Assembly: GCA_000751295.2 (NCBI GenBank)
Contig: CCMO02000002.1
Location: 1,187,806 to 1,219,805 of the forward strand
Origin: a bacterium YEK0313
GTDB lineage: Bacteria; Pseudomonadota; Alphaproteobacteria; Rhizobiales; Phreatobacteraceae
DNA: 32,000 nucleotides
Direction: 5' to 3'
A program made the position numbers and the translations under genes. Below are positions 15,042 through 23,321 of this stretch, piece after piece. Position 1 is the first letter of the stretch. Each line of letters opens with the position of its first letter. The notes below the pieces were generated by a model that was not told the DNA's origin, made no database searches, and saw nothing but the letters and a program-made list of their open reading frames with translations.

Positions 15042-16363
15042 CAGCGGTCGCTTTCGGAAAGATTGACGGAAGAGCCGCCGCCATGGGCGTCGCCGGAGCG
15101 GACGGCGTGCGCGGTGGCCTGGACAGCGTGGGTCGTGCGCTGGGACTGGCGCATGCGCCTGACCCAATCGGGAGGACTGCTGGCGACGGGCGCTGCAGTC
15201 GCCTCCGCTGTCGCGTTGCCGCCGGTGAGAACGGACTTCCCACCAGCGTTGAAGCTCGATTGCATGCTGTCGGCGGCACGAGAGGCGGCGCGGCGCAGCG
15301 GCGATGTCGCGGCAGTGCCGGCGGCCCGCGCAACACCACCCAGTCCCGACGCCACACCTTGGAGACCGGAATGGCCGGCCGCGCGCGTGCGGTAGGCGGT
15401 GGCAGCACCACCGGCGAGCGCTGCGCCGCCCCGCGCGGCGGCAGCGGTGCCGGACAGGGCGGCGGCCCCGCCTCGCGCGGCGAGTCCGCCGGCTGCGCCG
15501 GCCGCGATCACTGTGCCGCCCGCCGCGAGCCCGGCGCCGACGGCGGCGCCGGCGCCGAGTTGCGGGCCGCCCGAGACGAGGCCGTTGGCGATCCCGGGTC
15601 CGAAGATGCCGAGTCCGAGGAGCGACAGCGCCGCGAGGACGATCGCCATCGCCTCGTCGATCGTCGGTGTCGTGCCGCCGAAGCCCGCTGTGAACTCGGA
15701 GAAGAGTGTGGAGCCGATGCCGATGATGACGGCGAGCACCAGCACCTTGATGCCCGACGAGATGACGTTGCCCAGCACCCGCTCGGCCATGAAGGCGCTC
15801 TTGCCGAAGAGGCCGAAGGGGATGAGCACGAAGCCGGCGAGCGTGGTCAGCTTGAACTCGATCAGCGTGACGAAGAGCTGGATGGCGAGGATGAAGAACG
15901 CGAGCAGCACCAGCGCCCAGGCGAGGAACATGCAGGCGATCTGGATGAAGTTCTCGAAGAACGACCAGTAGCCCATCAGGTCGGAGATGGAGTCGAGCAG
16001 CGGTCGCCCGGCATCGAGGCCGGTCTGCGCAACCTTGCCCGGACGCAGCAGATCCGCCGTCGAGAAGCCGGTGCCCGAGGCTTTGAGGCCGAGGCCGGCG
16101 AAGCTCTCGAAGACGATGCGGGCGAGATTGTTCCAGTTGCCGATGATGTAGGCGAAGACACCGACGAACAGGGTCTTCTTGATGAGGCGCGCCAAGATGT
16201 CGTCATCGGCGCCCCAGGTCCAGAATAGCGCGGCGAGCGTGACGTCGATGACGATCAGCGTGGTCGCGATGAAGGCGACCTCGCCGGAAAGCAGTCCGAA
16301 GCCGCTGTCGATGTAGCGGGTGAAGACCTCCAGGAAATGGTCGATGACGCCGGTGCCGCCCAT
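15041..16363 (-). CDS. trbL: P-type conjugative transfer protein TrbL (VirB6 homolog)
   Basis: 440 aa from ATG 16363 (MGGTGVIDHFLEVFTRYIDSGFGLLSGEV...). It has a polytopic membrane core followed by a Gly/Ala-rich low-complexity tail typical of TrbL. Confidence 0.93.
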   Translation of the reverse strand: MGGTGVIDHFLEVFTRYIDSGFGLLSGEVAFIATTLIVIDVTLAALFWTWGADDDILARLIKKTLFVGVFAYIIGNWNNLARIVFESFAGLGLKASGTGFSTADLLRPGKVAQTGLDAGRPLLDSISDLMGYWSFFENFIQIACMFLAWALVLLAFFILAIQLFVTLIEFKLTTLAGFVLIPFGLFGKSAFMAERVLGNVISSGIKVLVLAVIIGIGSTLFSEFTAGFGGTTPTIDEAMAIVLAALSLLGLGIFGPGIANGLVSGGPQLGAGAAVGAGLAAGGTVIAAGAAGGLAARGGAAALSGTAAAARGGAALAGGAATAYRTRAAGHSGLQGVASGLGGVARAAGTAATSPLRRAASRAADSMQSSFNAGGKSVLTGGNATAEATAAPVASSPPDWVRRMRQSQRTTHAVQATAHAVRSGDAHGGGSSVNLSESDR

Positions 16364-16367
16364 GTTG

Positions 16368-16736
16368 CTATTGCTCTTCCTCAGGCACGGGCGCGCTTTC
16401 CTTGCGGAGCGGATCGCCTGCGGGGTCCTCAATGGATGTGTCGGGCGCGGCCAGTGGATCGGGAACACGCTCCGCCGGCCGCACACCGGAGGTGAGGAAC
16501 CGCTCGCGACTCTCGGCCCAGGCGCGCAGACAGGCCGGGTCGCGAGGCCCGGCCTCGCCGAGACCCTGGCAACGGGTCAGCTCGGCGCGAAGCGGATCGG
16601 CGGGCGTTACCCCCACAGGCTCGCTGGCCCGGCTGGACGGCTCGTCCTCCTTCCGGGTCATCTCGATCGCGGTCGCGGTGACGGCGAACGCGACGAACAC
16701 CACGGCGCCGACGCGGGCCAGCAGCTTTCCGTCCAT
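16368..16736 (-). CDS. trbK: Putative entry-exclusion protein TrbK-alt
   Basis: 122 aa. The N-terminus MDGKLLARVGAVVFVAFAVTATAIEMTRKE, and the position between trbJ and trbL, match the TrbK-alt family as I recall it. Confidence 0.7.
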   Translation of the reverse strand: MDGKLLARVGAVVFVAFAVTATAIEMTRKEDEPSSRASEPVGVTPADPLRAELTRCQGLGEAGPRDPACLRAWAESRERFLTSGVRPAERVPDPLAAPDTSIEDPAGDPLRKESAPVPEEEQ

Positions 16737-16746
16737 GCTGCCGCCC

Positions 16747-17502
16747 TCAGTTGCCGCTGTAGAACATCTTGGCGTTGCCGGGCTGGTAGCCCGAGCCGGG
16801 TGTCAGGAAACGCCGACGCTGCTCGCGGCCCTGTTCGGCTGCGGCCGCCCGCTCGGCCTGCGACAGCGCGTCGGCGCGGCCGTTGGCGGCGACGACGGCG
16901 GTGAGATCGGCGAGCTGCTGCGCTTGGAGGGCGAGAAGCTGGTTGCCGGCCTGCGTCGCTTGCAGGGCGCCCGTGGCGCCCTGGCTCTGGCCGATGGGCG
17001 CGGACATTTCCGCGCGGTTGGTGTCGATGTTGCCGACGACTGTCGCCTGCACGCGCATGGCGTCCTGCAGGCCACCGACCGTGTTCTGCCAGCGCGTGCG
17101 TGCGTCTGCGACGAGCTGCTGATCGGACGCCGAGAGCGAGGCATTGCCGTAAGTCGTCTGGAAGGCGCGATCGATCTGCTGGACGTCGAAGGCGATGTTC
17201 TGCGCCTGAGCGAGGAGCTGCTGGGTCCGCTGCACCGACTGCTGGAGCCGCTGAAGCGACGAGTAGGGCAGGCTTGCAAGATTGCGCGCCTGGTTGATCA
17301 GCATCTGCGCTTCGTTCTGCAGCGAGGTGATCTGATTGGTGATCTGCTCGAGTGCGCGCGCGGCCTGCAGCACGTTCTGGGCATAGTTGGTGGGATCGTA
17401 GACGATGATCGCGTGCGCCGGCGTGACGAACACGGGCGAGACGGTTGCGGTGAGCGAAAGGAACGCAGCGGCGATGGCCGCGCGCGAGCGACGGTATTTC
17501 AT
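16747..17502 (-). CDS. trbJ: P-type conjugative transfer protein TrbJ (VirB5-like)
   Basis: 251 aa. A signal peptide ends in PAHA, followed by IIVYDPTNYAQNVLQAARALEQITNQITSLQNEAQML and coiled-coil Q-rich repeats. ATG 17502 overlaps the trbE stop. Confidence 0.9.
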   Translation of the reverse strand: MKYRRSRAAIAAAFLSLTATVSPVFVTPAHAIIVYDPTNYAQNVLQAARALEQITNQITSLQNEAQMLINQARNLASLPYSSLQRLQQSVQRTQQLLAQAQNIAFDVQQIDRAFQTTYGNASLSASDQQLVADARTRWQNTVGGLQDAMRVQATVVGNIDTNRAEMSAPIGQSQGATGALQATQAGNQLLALQAQQLADLTAVVAANGRADALSQAERAAAAEQGREQRRRFLTPGSGYQPGNAKMFYSGN

Positions 17503-19937
17503 GGCAAGGTCTCCAGGTTGGTGAGGTCAGGAATGAGGTCGGCGGCCCAGTCGACGCCGCGATGGCGCAGCCAAGCACCAAGAAATCCGTCGCGGCCGTG
17601 CTCGGCGACGACGCGGTCGATCGCGGCCTGGTCGGTTTTCGACGCCGCCGCGCAGAGCGCGAGCGCCACATCAGAGAGACCGAGCTCGAAGAGCCGGTTG
17701 CCGCGCCGCGATTGGCAGTAGTAGTCGCGCTTGGGCATCGCGCGGGCTAGGATTTCGATCTGGCGGTCGTTGAGGCCGAAGCGGCGATAGATCGCGGTGA
17801 TCTGCGGTTCGATCGCGCGTTCGTTGGGAAGCAATAGGCGGGTCTGGCAGCTCTCGATGATCGCCGGTGCGATTGCTGAGCCGTCGATGTCAGAGAGCGA
17901 TTGGGTGGCGAATACGACCGACGCGTTCTTCTTGCGCAGTGTCTTCAGCCATTCGCGGAGCTGGCCGGCGAATCCCTCGTCATCGAGGGCCAACCAGCCT
18001 TCGTCCACGATCAGCAGCGTAGGGCTGCCGTCGAGGCGATCCTCGATCCGATGGAAGAGGTAGGCGAGCACGGCCGCTGCCGCGCCCGTGCCGATCAGCC
18101 CCTCGGTCTCGAACGCCTGCACCGCGGCGGACCCGAGATGTTCCGATTCAGCGTCGAGCAGCCGGCCGTAGGCACCACCGACGCAATAGGGCCTGAGCGC
18201 CTGCTTGAGATCGTTGGACTGAAGGAGGACGGCAAGGCCGGTTATGGTGCGCTCGGGAATCGGGGCGGTGGCGAGCGAGGTCAGCGCTGTCCAGACATGC
18301 TCCTTCACCTCGGGCGTGATGGCGACGCCCTCGCGGACAAGGATCGCGACGATCCAGTCAGCCGCCCAGGCGCGTTCGGGAACGTCGTGGATGCCGCTGA
18401 GCGGTTGCAGCGACACGCTATGGTCCGCGCCGTCCGTCAACCCGCCGCCGAGATCGTGCCAGTCGCCGCCGCAGGCGAGCGCCGCGGCGCGGATCGAACC
18501 GCCGAAATCGAAGGCGAAGACCTGGGACTTCGGATAGCGCCGAAACTGGAGCGCCATCAGCGCCAGCAGCACGGACTTGCCTGCGCCGGTCGGACCGACG
18601 ACGAGCGTGTGGCCTACGTCGCCGACATGAAGGGAAAACCGGAACGGGGTGCTTCCCTCGGTCTTGCCGTAGAGCAAGGGGGGCGACCCGAAGTGCTCAT
18701 CCCGTTCCGGCCCCGCCCATACCGCCGAAACCGGCATCATATGGGCGAGATTGAGCGTGGAGATCGGCGGTTGCCGGACATTGGCGTAGACATGGCCGGG
18801 GAGCGAACCCAGCCAGGCATCGACGGCGTTGATCGTCTCGGGCATGGCGGTGAAATCGCGGCCCTGAACGACCTTTTCGACGAGGCGAAGCTTCTCGGCC
18901 GCACTGCGTGGATCGGCGTCCCAGACCGTGATGGTCGCGGTGACATAGGCCTGGCCGGCGTAGTCGGCGCCCAGTTCCTGCAGGGCGAGATCGGCGTCGG
19001 CCGCCTTGTTCGCCGCGTCGGTGTCGACCAACACGGAGGCTTCGTTGGTCATCACCTCTTTGAGGATCGCGGCGATCGACTTGCGCTTGGCGAACCACTG
19101 CCGCCGGATCTTCGTCAGCAGCCTGGTCGCGTCGGTCTTGTCGAGCAGGATCGCGCGCGTCGACCAGCGATATGCGAAGGCGAGCCGGTTGAGTTCATCG
19201 AGCAGACCCGGCGTCGTTGCGCTCGGAAAACCGACGATGGTGAGGATGCGCAGATGCGCGTCACCGAGGCGCGGCTCAAGGCCGCCGGTGAGCGGCTGAT
19301 CGGCCAGCAGCGCGTCGAGATACATCGGCGTCTCGGGGACGCGCACGCGATGACGCTTGGCTGAGACCGTGGAATGGAGATAGGTCAGCGTCTCGGCATC
19401 ATCGAGCCAGCCGCATTCCGGCATGAAGCTCTCGACAAGCTGCAGGACGCGGTTGGTGCGATCGATGAAGCCGCGCAGCGCTTCATGAGGGTCGACGCGC
19501 TTGTCCGACTTGCCCTCATAGAGCCAGCTTTCTGCGCGCGCAGCGTCTTCGGCGGGCGGCAGATAGGTGAAGGTCAGGAAGTAGCTCGACTCGAAATGCG
19601 AGGACTCTTCCTCGAATTCAGCCTTGCGCTCGGCATCGACGAGGGCGGACGCAGCTTCGGGAAAAAGGCTCGATGGATAGGCCGCAACGCCATGCCGCTG
19701 CGCCTCGACGAAGATCGCCCAGCCGGAGCCCAGGCGGCGGAAGGCGTTGTTGAGGCGGCCGGCGACTGCGACCAGTTCGGCCGGTACGGCTGAGTCGAGA
19801 TCGGGGCCGCGAAAGCGGGCGGTGCGCTGGAAGCTCCCGTCCTTGTTGAGGACGACGCCTTCGCCGACGAGCGCGGCCCAGGGCAGGAAGTCCGCGAGGC
19901 GGGTCGAGGTCCGGCGATATTCGGCGAGGCTCATCAT
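17499..19937 (-). CDS. trbE: Conjugal transfer ATPase TrbE (VirB4 homolog)
   Basis: 812 aa with a Walker A motif, VVGPTGAGKS, and conserved VirB4/TrbE blocks (LLIVDEGWLALDD, ATQSLSDI). Confidence 0.97.
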   Translation of the reverse strand: MMSLAEYRRTSTRLADFLPWAALVGEGVVLNKDGSFQRTARFRGPDLDSAVPAELVAVAGRLNNAFRRLGSGWAIFVEAQRHGVAAYPSSLFPEAASALVDAERKAEFEEESSHFESSYFLTFTYLPPAEDAARAESWLYEGKSDKRVDPHEALRGFIDRTNRVLQLVESFMPECGWLDDAETLTYLHSTVSAKRHRVRVPETPMYLDALLADQPLTGGLEPRLGDAHLRILTIVGFPSATTPGLLDELNRLAFAYRWSTRAILLDKTDATRLLTKIRRQWFAKRKSIAAILKEVMTNEASVLVDTDAANKAADADLALQELGADYAGQAYVTATITVWDADPRSAAEKLRLVEKVVQGRDFTAMPETINAVDAWLGSLPGHVYANVRQPPISTLNLAHMMPVSAVWAGPERDEHFGSPPLLYGKTEGSTPFRFSLHVGDVGHTLVVGPTGAGKSVLLALMALQFRRYPKSQVFAFDFGGSIRAAALACGGDWHDLGGGLTDGADHSVSLQPLSGIHDVPERAWAADWIVAILVREGVAITPEVKEHVWTALTSLATAPIPERTITGLAVLLQSNDLKQALRPYCVGGAYGRLLDAESEHLGSAAVQAFETEGLIGTGAAAAVLAYLFHRIEDRLDGSPTLLIVDEGWLALDDEGFAGQLREWLKTLRKKNASVVFATQSLSDIDGSAIAPAIIESCQTRLLLPNERAIEPQITAIYRRFGLNDRQIEILARAMPKRDYYCQSRRGNRLFELGLSDVALALCAAASKTDQAAIDRVVAEHGRDGFLGAWLRHRGVDWAADLIPDLTNLETLP

Positions 19938-19949
19938 GGGGGCGGCGCC

Positions 19950-20231
19950 TCAAACCGAAAGGTGGCCGGGGATGCGCAGATGGCGGCGCACCACATCGAC
20001 GAATTGCGGATCGCGCCTGGCTGCCCAGACGGCGGCGAGGTGTCCGATGACCCAGAGACCGATGCCGACCAGCCAGAGTCGCAGGCCGAGTCCGAGCGCG
20101 GCGGCCAGCGTGCCGTTGAGGATGGCGATCGAACGCGGAGCGCCGCCGAGCAGGATGTGCTCGGTCAGCGCCCGGTGGACCGGCACGGTGAAGCCCGGAA
20201 CTTCGCCGGCGCTGTCGGCCACGCCCGTCAT
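19950..20231 (-). CDS. trbD: Conjugal transfer protein TrbD (VirB3 homolog)
   Basis: 93 aa from ATG 20231 (MTGVADSAGEVPGFTVPVHRALTEHILLGGAPRSIAILNGT...) with two hydrophobic helices. The start shares 1 nt with the trbC stop. Confidence 0.88.
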   Translation of the reverse strand: MTGVADSAGEVPGFTVPVHRALTEHILLGGAPRSIAILNGTLAAALGLGLRLWLVGIGLWVIGHLAAVWAARRDPQFVDVVRRHLRIPGHLSV

Positions 20232-20563
20232 CAGACGAGCGCTCCGCCGCCGAAGGAGAAGAAGGAGAGGAAGAAGCTCGAAGCGGCGAAGGCGATCGAC
20301 AGGCCGAAGACGATCTGGATCAGCCTGCGGAAGCCGCCCGAGGTATCGCCAAAGGCGAGCGTCAGGCCGGTCACGATGATGATGATCACCGCGATGATCT
20401 TGGCCACCGGGCCTTCGATCGATTCGAGGATCGACTGAAGGGGCGCTTCCCATGGCATGGACGAGCCGGAGGCATGGGCAGCGGGCGCGAGCGCCAGGCT
20501 GAGAAAGGCGGCGGTTGCCGCCGCCGAGATATGGCGGCCGAGGCGTGGGCGATGACGCATCAT
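20231..20563 (-). CDS. trbC: TrbC/VirB2-family conjugative pilin precursor
   Basis: 110 aa with a long signal peptide (cleavage near AHA) and two hydrophobic helices typical of VirB2 pilins. ATG 20563 overlaps the trbB stop. Confidence 0.88.
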   Translation of the reverse strand: MMRHRPRLGRHISAAATAAFLSLALAPAAHASGSSMPWEAPLQSILESIEGPVAKIIAVIIIIVTGLTLAFGDTSGGFRRLIQIVFGLSIAFAASSFFLSFFSFGGGALV

Positions 20564-21543
20564 GAGTGGTCTCCTGTCAGGGGGTGTGTTGCGGGGGTGA
20601 TGCGGTAGTCGCCCTCGGCCCCGAGACCATCAACGCGGGCGAGCTCGGCAAGGCGGCGGTTTGAGCCACGGCCACTCAGCACTGCGACAAGATTGATGGT
20701 CTCGGCGATCAGCGCGCGCGGAACGGTGATGACGGCTTCCTGGATGAGCTGCTCGAGGCGGCGCAGCGCGCCAAGGGCGGTGCCGGCGTGGATCGTTCCG
20801 ATGCCTCCGGGATGTCCGGTGCCCCACGCTTTCAGGAGATCGAGAGCCTCCGCCCCGCGCACTTCGCCAATGGGAATCCGGTCGGGACGCAGACGAAGCG
20901 AGGAGCGGACGAGTTCGGAGAGAGTGGCGACGCCATCCTTGGTGCGCATCGCCACCAGGTTGGGGGCGGAGCATTGCAGCTCGCGGGTGTCCTCGATCAG
21001 AACAACGCGGTCTTCAGTCTTGGCGACTTCGGCCAGCAGCGCATTGGTGAGTGTCGTCTTGCCGGTCGAGGTGCCGCCGGCGACGAGGATGTTGCGCCGC
21101 TCGGCCACAGCCTGGCGCAGGATCGCGGCCTGGTCGGCCGACATGATCGCGGTTGCGACATAGTCCTCCAGCGTGAAGACGGCGACGGCCGGCTTGCGGA
21201 TCGCGAAGGCGGGCGCCGCCACGACCGGCGGAAGGAGGCCCTCGAACCGCTCCCCCGTCCCGGGCAGCTCGGCCGAGACGCGCGGCCTACCGGCGTGGAC
21301 CTCGGCGCCGACATGATGCGCGACGAGCCGCACGATGCGTTCGCCATCGGCCGGCAACAGCCGCTCCCCCGTATCGGCGAGGCCCTCGGACAGCCGATCG
21401 ATCCAGAGTCGCCCGTCCGGGTTCAGCATCACCTCGACGATTGCGGGGTCTTCCAGGAATCGGGCGATCGCCGGCCCAAGGGCCGTGCGCAGCATGCGCG
21501 CGCCGCGCGCGTTCGCCTCTGATTGCTGGTGAGTGGCCGCCAT
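20560..21543 (-). CDS. trbB: P-type conjugative transfer ATPase TrbB (VirB11 homolog)
   Basis: 327 aa with a Walker A motif, GGTSTGKTT, and VirB11 blocks ([32 protein letters not shown]). Confidence 0.97.
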   Translation of the reverse strand: MAATHQQSEANARGARMLRTALGPAIARFLEDPAIVEVMLNPDGRLWIDRLSEGLADTGERLLPADGERIVRLVAHHVGAEVHAGRPRVSAELPGTGERFEGLLPPVVAAPAFAIRKPAVAVFTLEDYVATAIMSADQAAILRQAVAERRNILVAGGTSTGKTTLTNALLAEVAKTEDRVVLIEDTRELQCSAPNLVAMRTKDGVATLSELVRSSLRLRPDRIPIGEVRGAEALDLLKAWGTGHPGGIGTIHAGTALGALRRLEQLIQEAVITVPRALIAETINLVAVLSGRGSNRRLAELARVDGLGAEGDYRITPATHPLTGDHS

Positions 21544-21790
21544 GTCGTCCCCGTTCTCTGGTGGGCCTTCGCGACGCGCGGCCCTGGATCGGGGATGAGT
21601 AGAAGAGGCAGAAGTTTGGCCACTGCAACAAGGCCGTGGGCGTAGTAGCGATGTAGCGTAGAAAGACAGGGAAACGGCGAGAGCGCTTGCTGCAACAGGT
21701 GAGCACGCCGGCTCCGTTCACGATGGAAAGTGAAGGCCCGCGCGTCGCCGATTCCAGCGACGTCAGTTCCGAAAGCCTATGGCGGTCTAT

Positions 21791-22336
21791 TCAGTTGCTG
21801 TCCGGAAGGAAGCCCAAGGTGCGTGCTTGGGCGAGTGCCTGTTTGTTGCTCGCCGGGATCCACCAGAGCCTCTCCGCCGGCGACCAGCGAGCGCCGAGTT
21901 TCTTGGCCTCCTCCTTGCGGGAGAAGGGGACCGAAAGAAGGATGCGCTCTTCCACCTTCTGTTCATCGCGAGGTGCCTTGTGGCGTTTTCGATCAAGGGA
22001 TTGAAGAGCGGCACTGATGGCGGGATCGTCGAGCGATCGCAAGTCGACATGCCCCGCCCATGAAGGCGCAAGAATTCTCCGCCAGGTCTTGTAAGTGCCG
22101 GGGACCGATACTTGCGCCAGGTTCTCCCTCAACTCTCCGGCCAAGCTATAGACGTCCATCAGAACGGAAGGATTGCCGAAATACGGACCAGGCTTCGTCA
22201 TCGCGCCGACACCGACAACGCGCGCGCAGGTCGCTCCCCACGTCGTTCGACGGATCCAGAAGCCGGGACCTCCATTGGCTACACACATCTCAAAGATGTT
22301 TTGATCGCCGCTATCTCGCCAGTCGTCGCCGCCCAT
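21791..22336 (-). CDS. Hypothetical protein: unassigned N-terminal domain fused to a C-terminal DUF5710-like domain
   Basis: 181-aa ORF. The C-terminus LSVPFSRKEEAKKLGARWSPAERLWWIPASNKQALAQ matches the (V/I)PFxEKDEAKxLGARWDxxxKxWxxP pattern I associate with DUF5710 on plasmid/ICE proteins. The N-terminal ~120 aa are not recognised. The RBS at ATG 22336 is poor, and internal ATGs (MCVANGG, MTKPGPY) are alternative starts. Confidence 0.55.
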   Translation of the reverse strand: MGGDDWRDSGDQNIFEMCVANGGPGFWIRRTTWGATCARVVGVGAMTKPGPYFGNPSVLMDVYSLAGELRENLAQVSVPGTYKTWRRILAPSWAGHVDLRSLDDPAISAALQSLDRKRHKAPRDEQKVEERILLSVPFSRKEEAKKLGARWSPAERLWWIPASNKQALAQARTLGFLPDSN

Positions 22337-22421
22337 ATCGTCAAGTCTTCGTCATGCCCGGTAGGGTTCTTGGTTTGAATTTCCGCTTCCGACTATACAG
22401 GTCAGGTGCGCACGGAGAACA

Positions 22422-22856
22422 ATGATGGAAACCAGCGTAAGGAAGTTCTTCGAGCGGTACGAGAGCGTCTTCAACCACTGTCTCGGCGGCGACATGGAGA
22501 TGGATGAGGCCGCAGCGCTCTATGCTCCCGAGTTCATAGCGGCCTCGCCTGCAGGGGTGACGACCGGAAAGAACGATGAAAAGCTCACGCAGGTCATGGC
22601 GCAAGGCGATGCACGCTATCGGGCGATGGGGACGAAGGAAATGCGGATACGCGACATCCACCTCTCCCCCATAGACGACCGCCATTGCGTCGCCCATGTC
22701 GCCTGGACGGCCACCTATGCCCGCAATGACCAGCCGGACGTGGCGATCGATTTCGACGTTCACTACTTCGTCCAGCAGCTGGACCGGGAGCCGAAAGTGT
22801 TCGGCTGGGTGTCGGGCGACGAGGAGGCGCTGCTCCGGAAGCACGGCATTATCTGA
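22422..22856 (+). CDS. SnoaL / NTF2-like (DUF4440-like) small protein
   Basis: 144 aa. It begins VRKFFERYESVFN..., with an overall alpha+beta-barrel-like pattern (HLSPIDDRHCVAHVAWTATYA...FDVHYFV) typical of NTF2-fold proteins. The RBS is ACGGAG. It is on the opposite strand to the surrounding transfer genes. Confidence 0.65.
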   Translation: MMETSVRKFFERYESVFNHCLGGDMEMDEAAALYAPEFIAASPAGVTTGKNDEKLTQVMAQGDARYRAMGTKEMRIRDIHLSPIDDRHCVAHVAWTATYARNDQPDVAIDFDVHYFVQQLDREPKVFGWVSGDEEALLRKHGII

Positions 22857-22888
22857 GGTCCGCGTTGGCTGAAATTCAAACTGAGACA

Positions 22889-23314
22889 CTATTCCGTGTC
22901 TTCGACCGTGCCGCCAGCAACATCGTCAGGTATCTCTTTGAGGAAGCTCTGACCTTTCTGGAGTCGGCGGCCGAGCGTCTCGATGAAGCCTTCATAGCGC
23001 TCGCGCCCCTTGATCTGCGCAGCTCCCTGTCCGTCGTTCGGCAGCGGGGGCGTAACGGTGAGCCAGAAGCGGACGAACAGCGCGAGCGTTTCCGCGGTGA
23101 CGCCGAGGTCGCGTTCGAGCCGCTGGACCTGGCGCGAAAGGCGGTCGAGGCGGCGCGCGAACGCCGCTTCGCGCTTGTCCGCGCCATCGGGTGACAGGAA
23201 GGAGGCGACCGCCGCTTCGACGATCGCCGAGCGCGAGAGCTTCTTGCGGTCGGCGAGGTCGGCGATCTGGCGCAGCATCTCCGGCGGGAAATAGACGTTC
23301 ATCCGGTCGCGCAT
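22889..23314 (-). CDS. CopG/ribbon-helix-helix family transcriptional regulator (conserved gene following traG in this ICE family)
   Basis: 141 aa from ATG 23314 (MRDRMNVYFPPEMLRQIADLADRKKLSRSAIVEAAVASFL = RHH motif). It starts 8 nt downstream of the traG stop. ATG 23302 is an alternative start. The longer track ORF (to 23527) overlaps traG. Confidence 0.8.
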   Translation of the reverse strand: MRDRMNVYFPPEMLRQIADLADRKKLSRSAIVEAAVASFLSPDGADKREAAFARRLDRLSRQVQRLERDLGVTAETLALFVRFWLTVTPPLPNDGQGAAQIKGRERYEGFIETLGRRLQKGQSFLKEIPDDVAGGTVEDTE

Positions 23315-23321
23315 GGCCGCC

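Noticed and set aside
15083-19364. Long plus-strand ORFs antisense to trbL, trbJ and trbE (15083-16228, 15399-15971, 16402-17721, 17901-19364), plus the minus-strand off-frame ORFs 16658-17671 and 14815-15411
   Set aside because: All are shadows or off-frame readings of well-supported trb genes. Their translations are dominated by Arg, Gly, Ala and Pro.
21544-21790. Promoter elements or small ORFs upstream of trbB, including the CGCTAC-AT-CGCTAC direct repeat on the minus strand (about 21644-21660)
   Set aside because: I could not find a convincing -35/-10 pair, and the ORFs here (21287-21721, 21429-21695) run out of frame into trbB. The repeat is too short to interpret.
21687-22071. Overlapping plus-strand ORFs 21687-22004, 21730-22017 and 21779-22063, and the minus-strand ORF 21787-22071
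   Set aside because: They are mutually overlapping alternative frames of the 21791-22336 gene region with no motifs. The frame carrying the DUF5710-like tail is the best supported.
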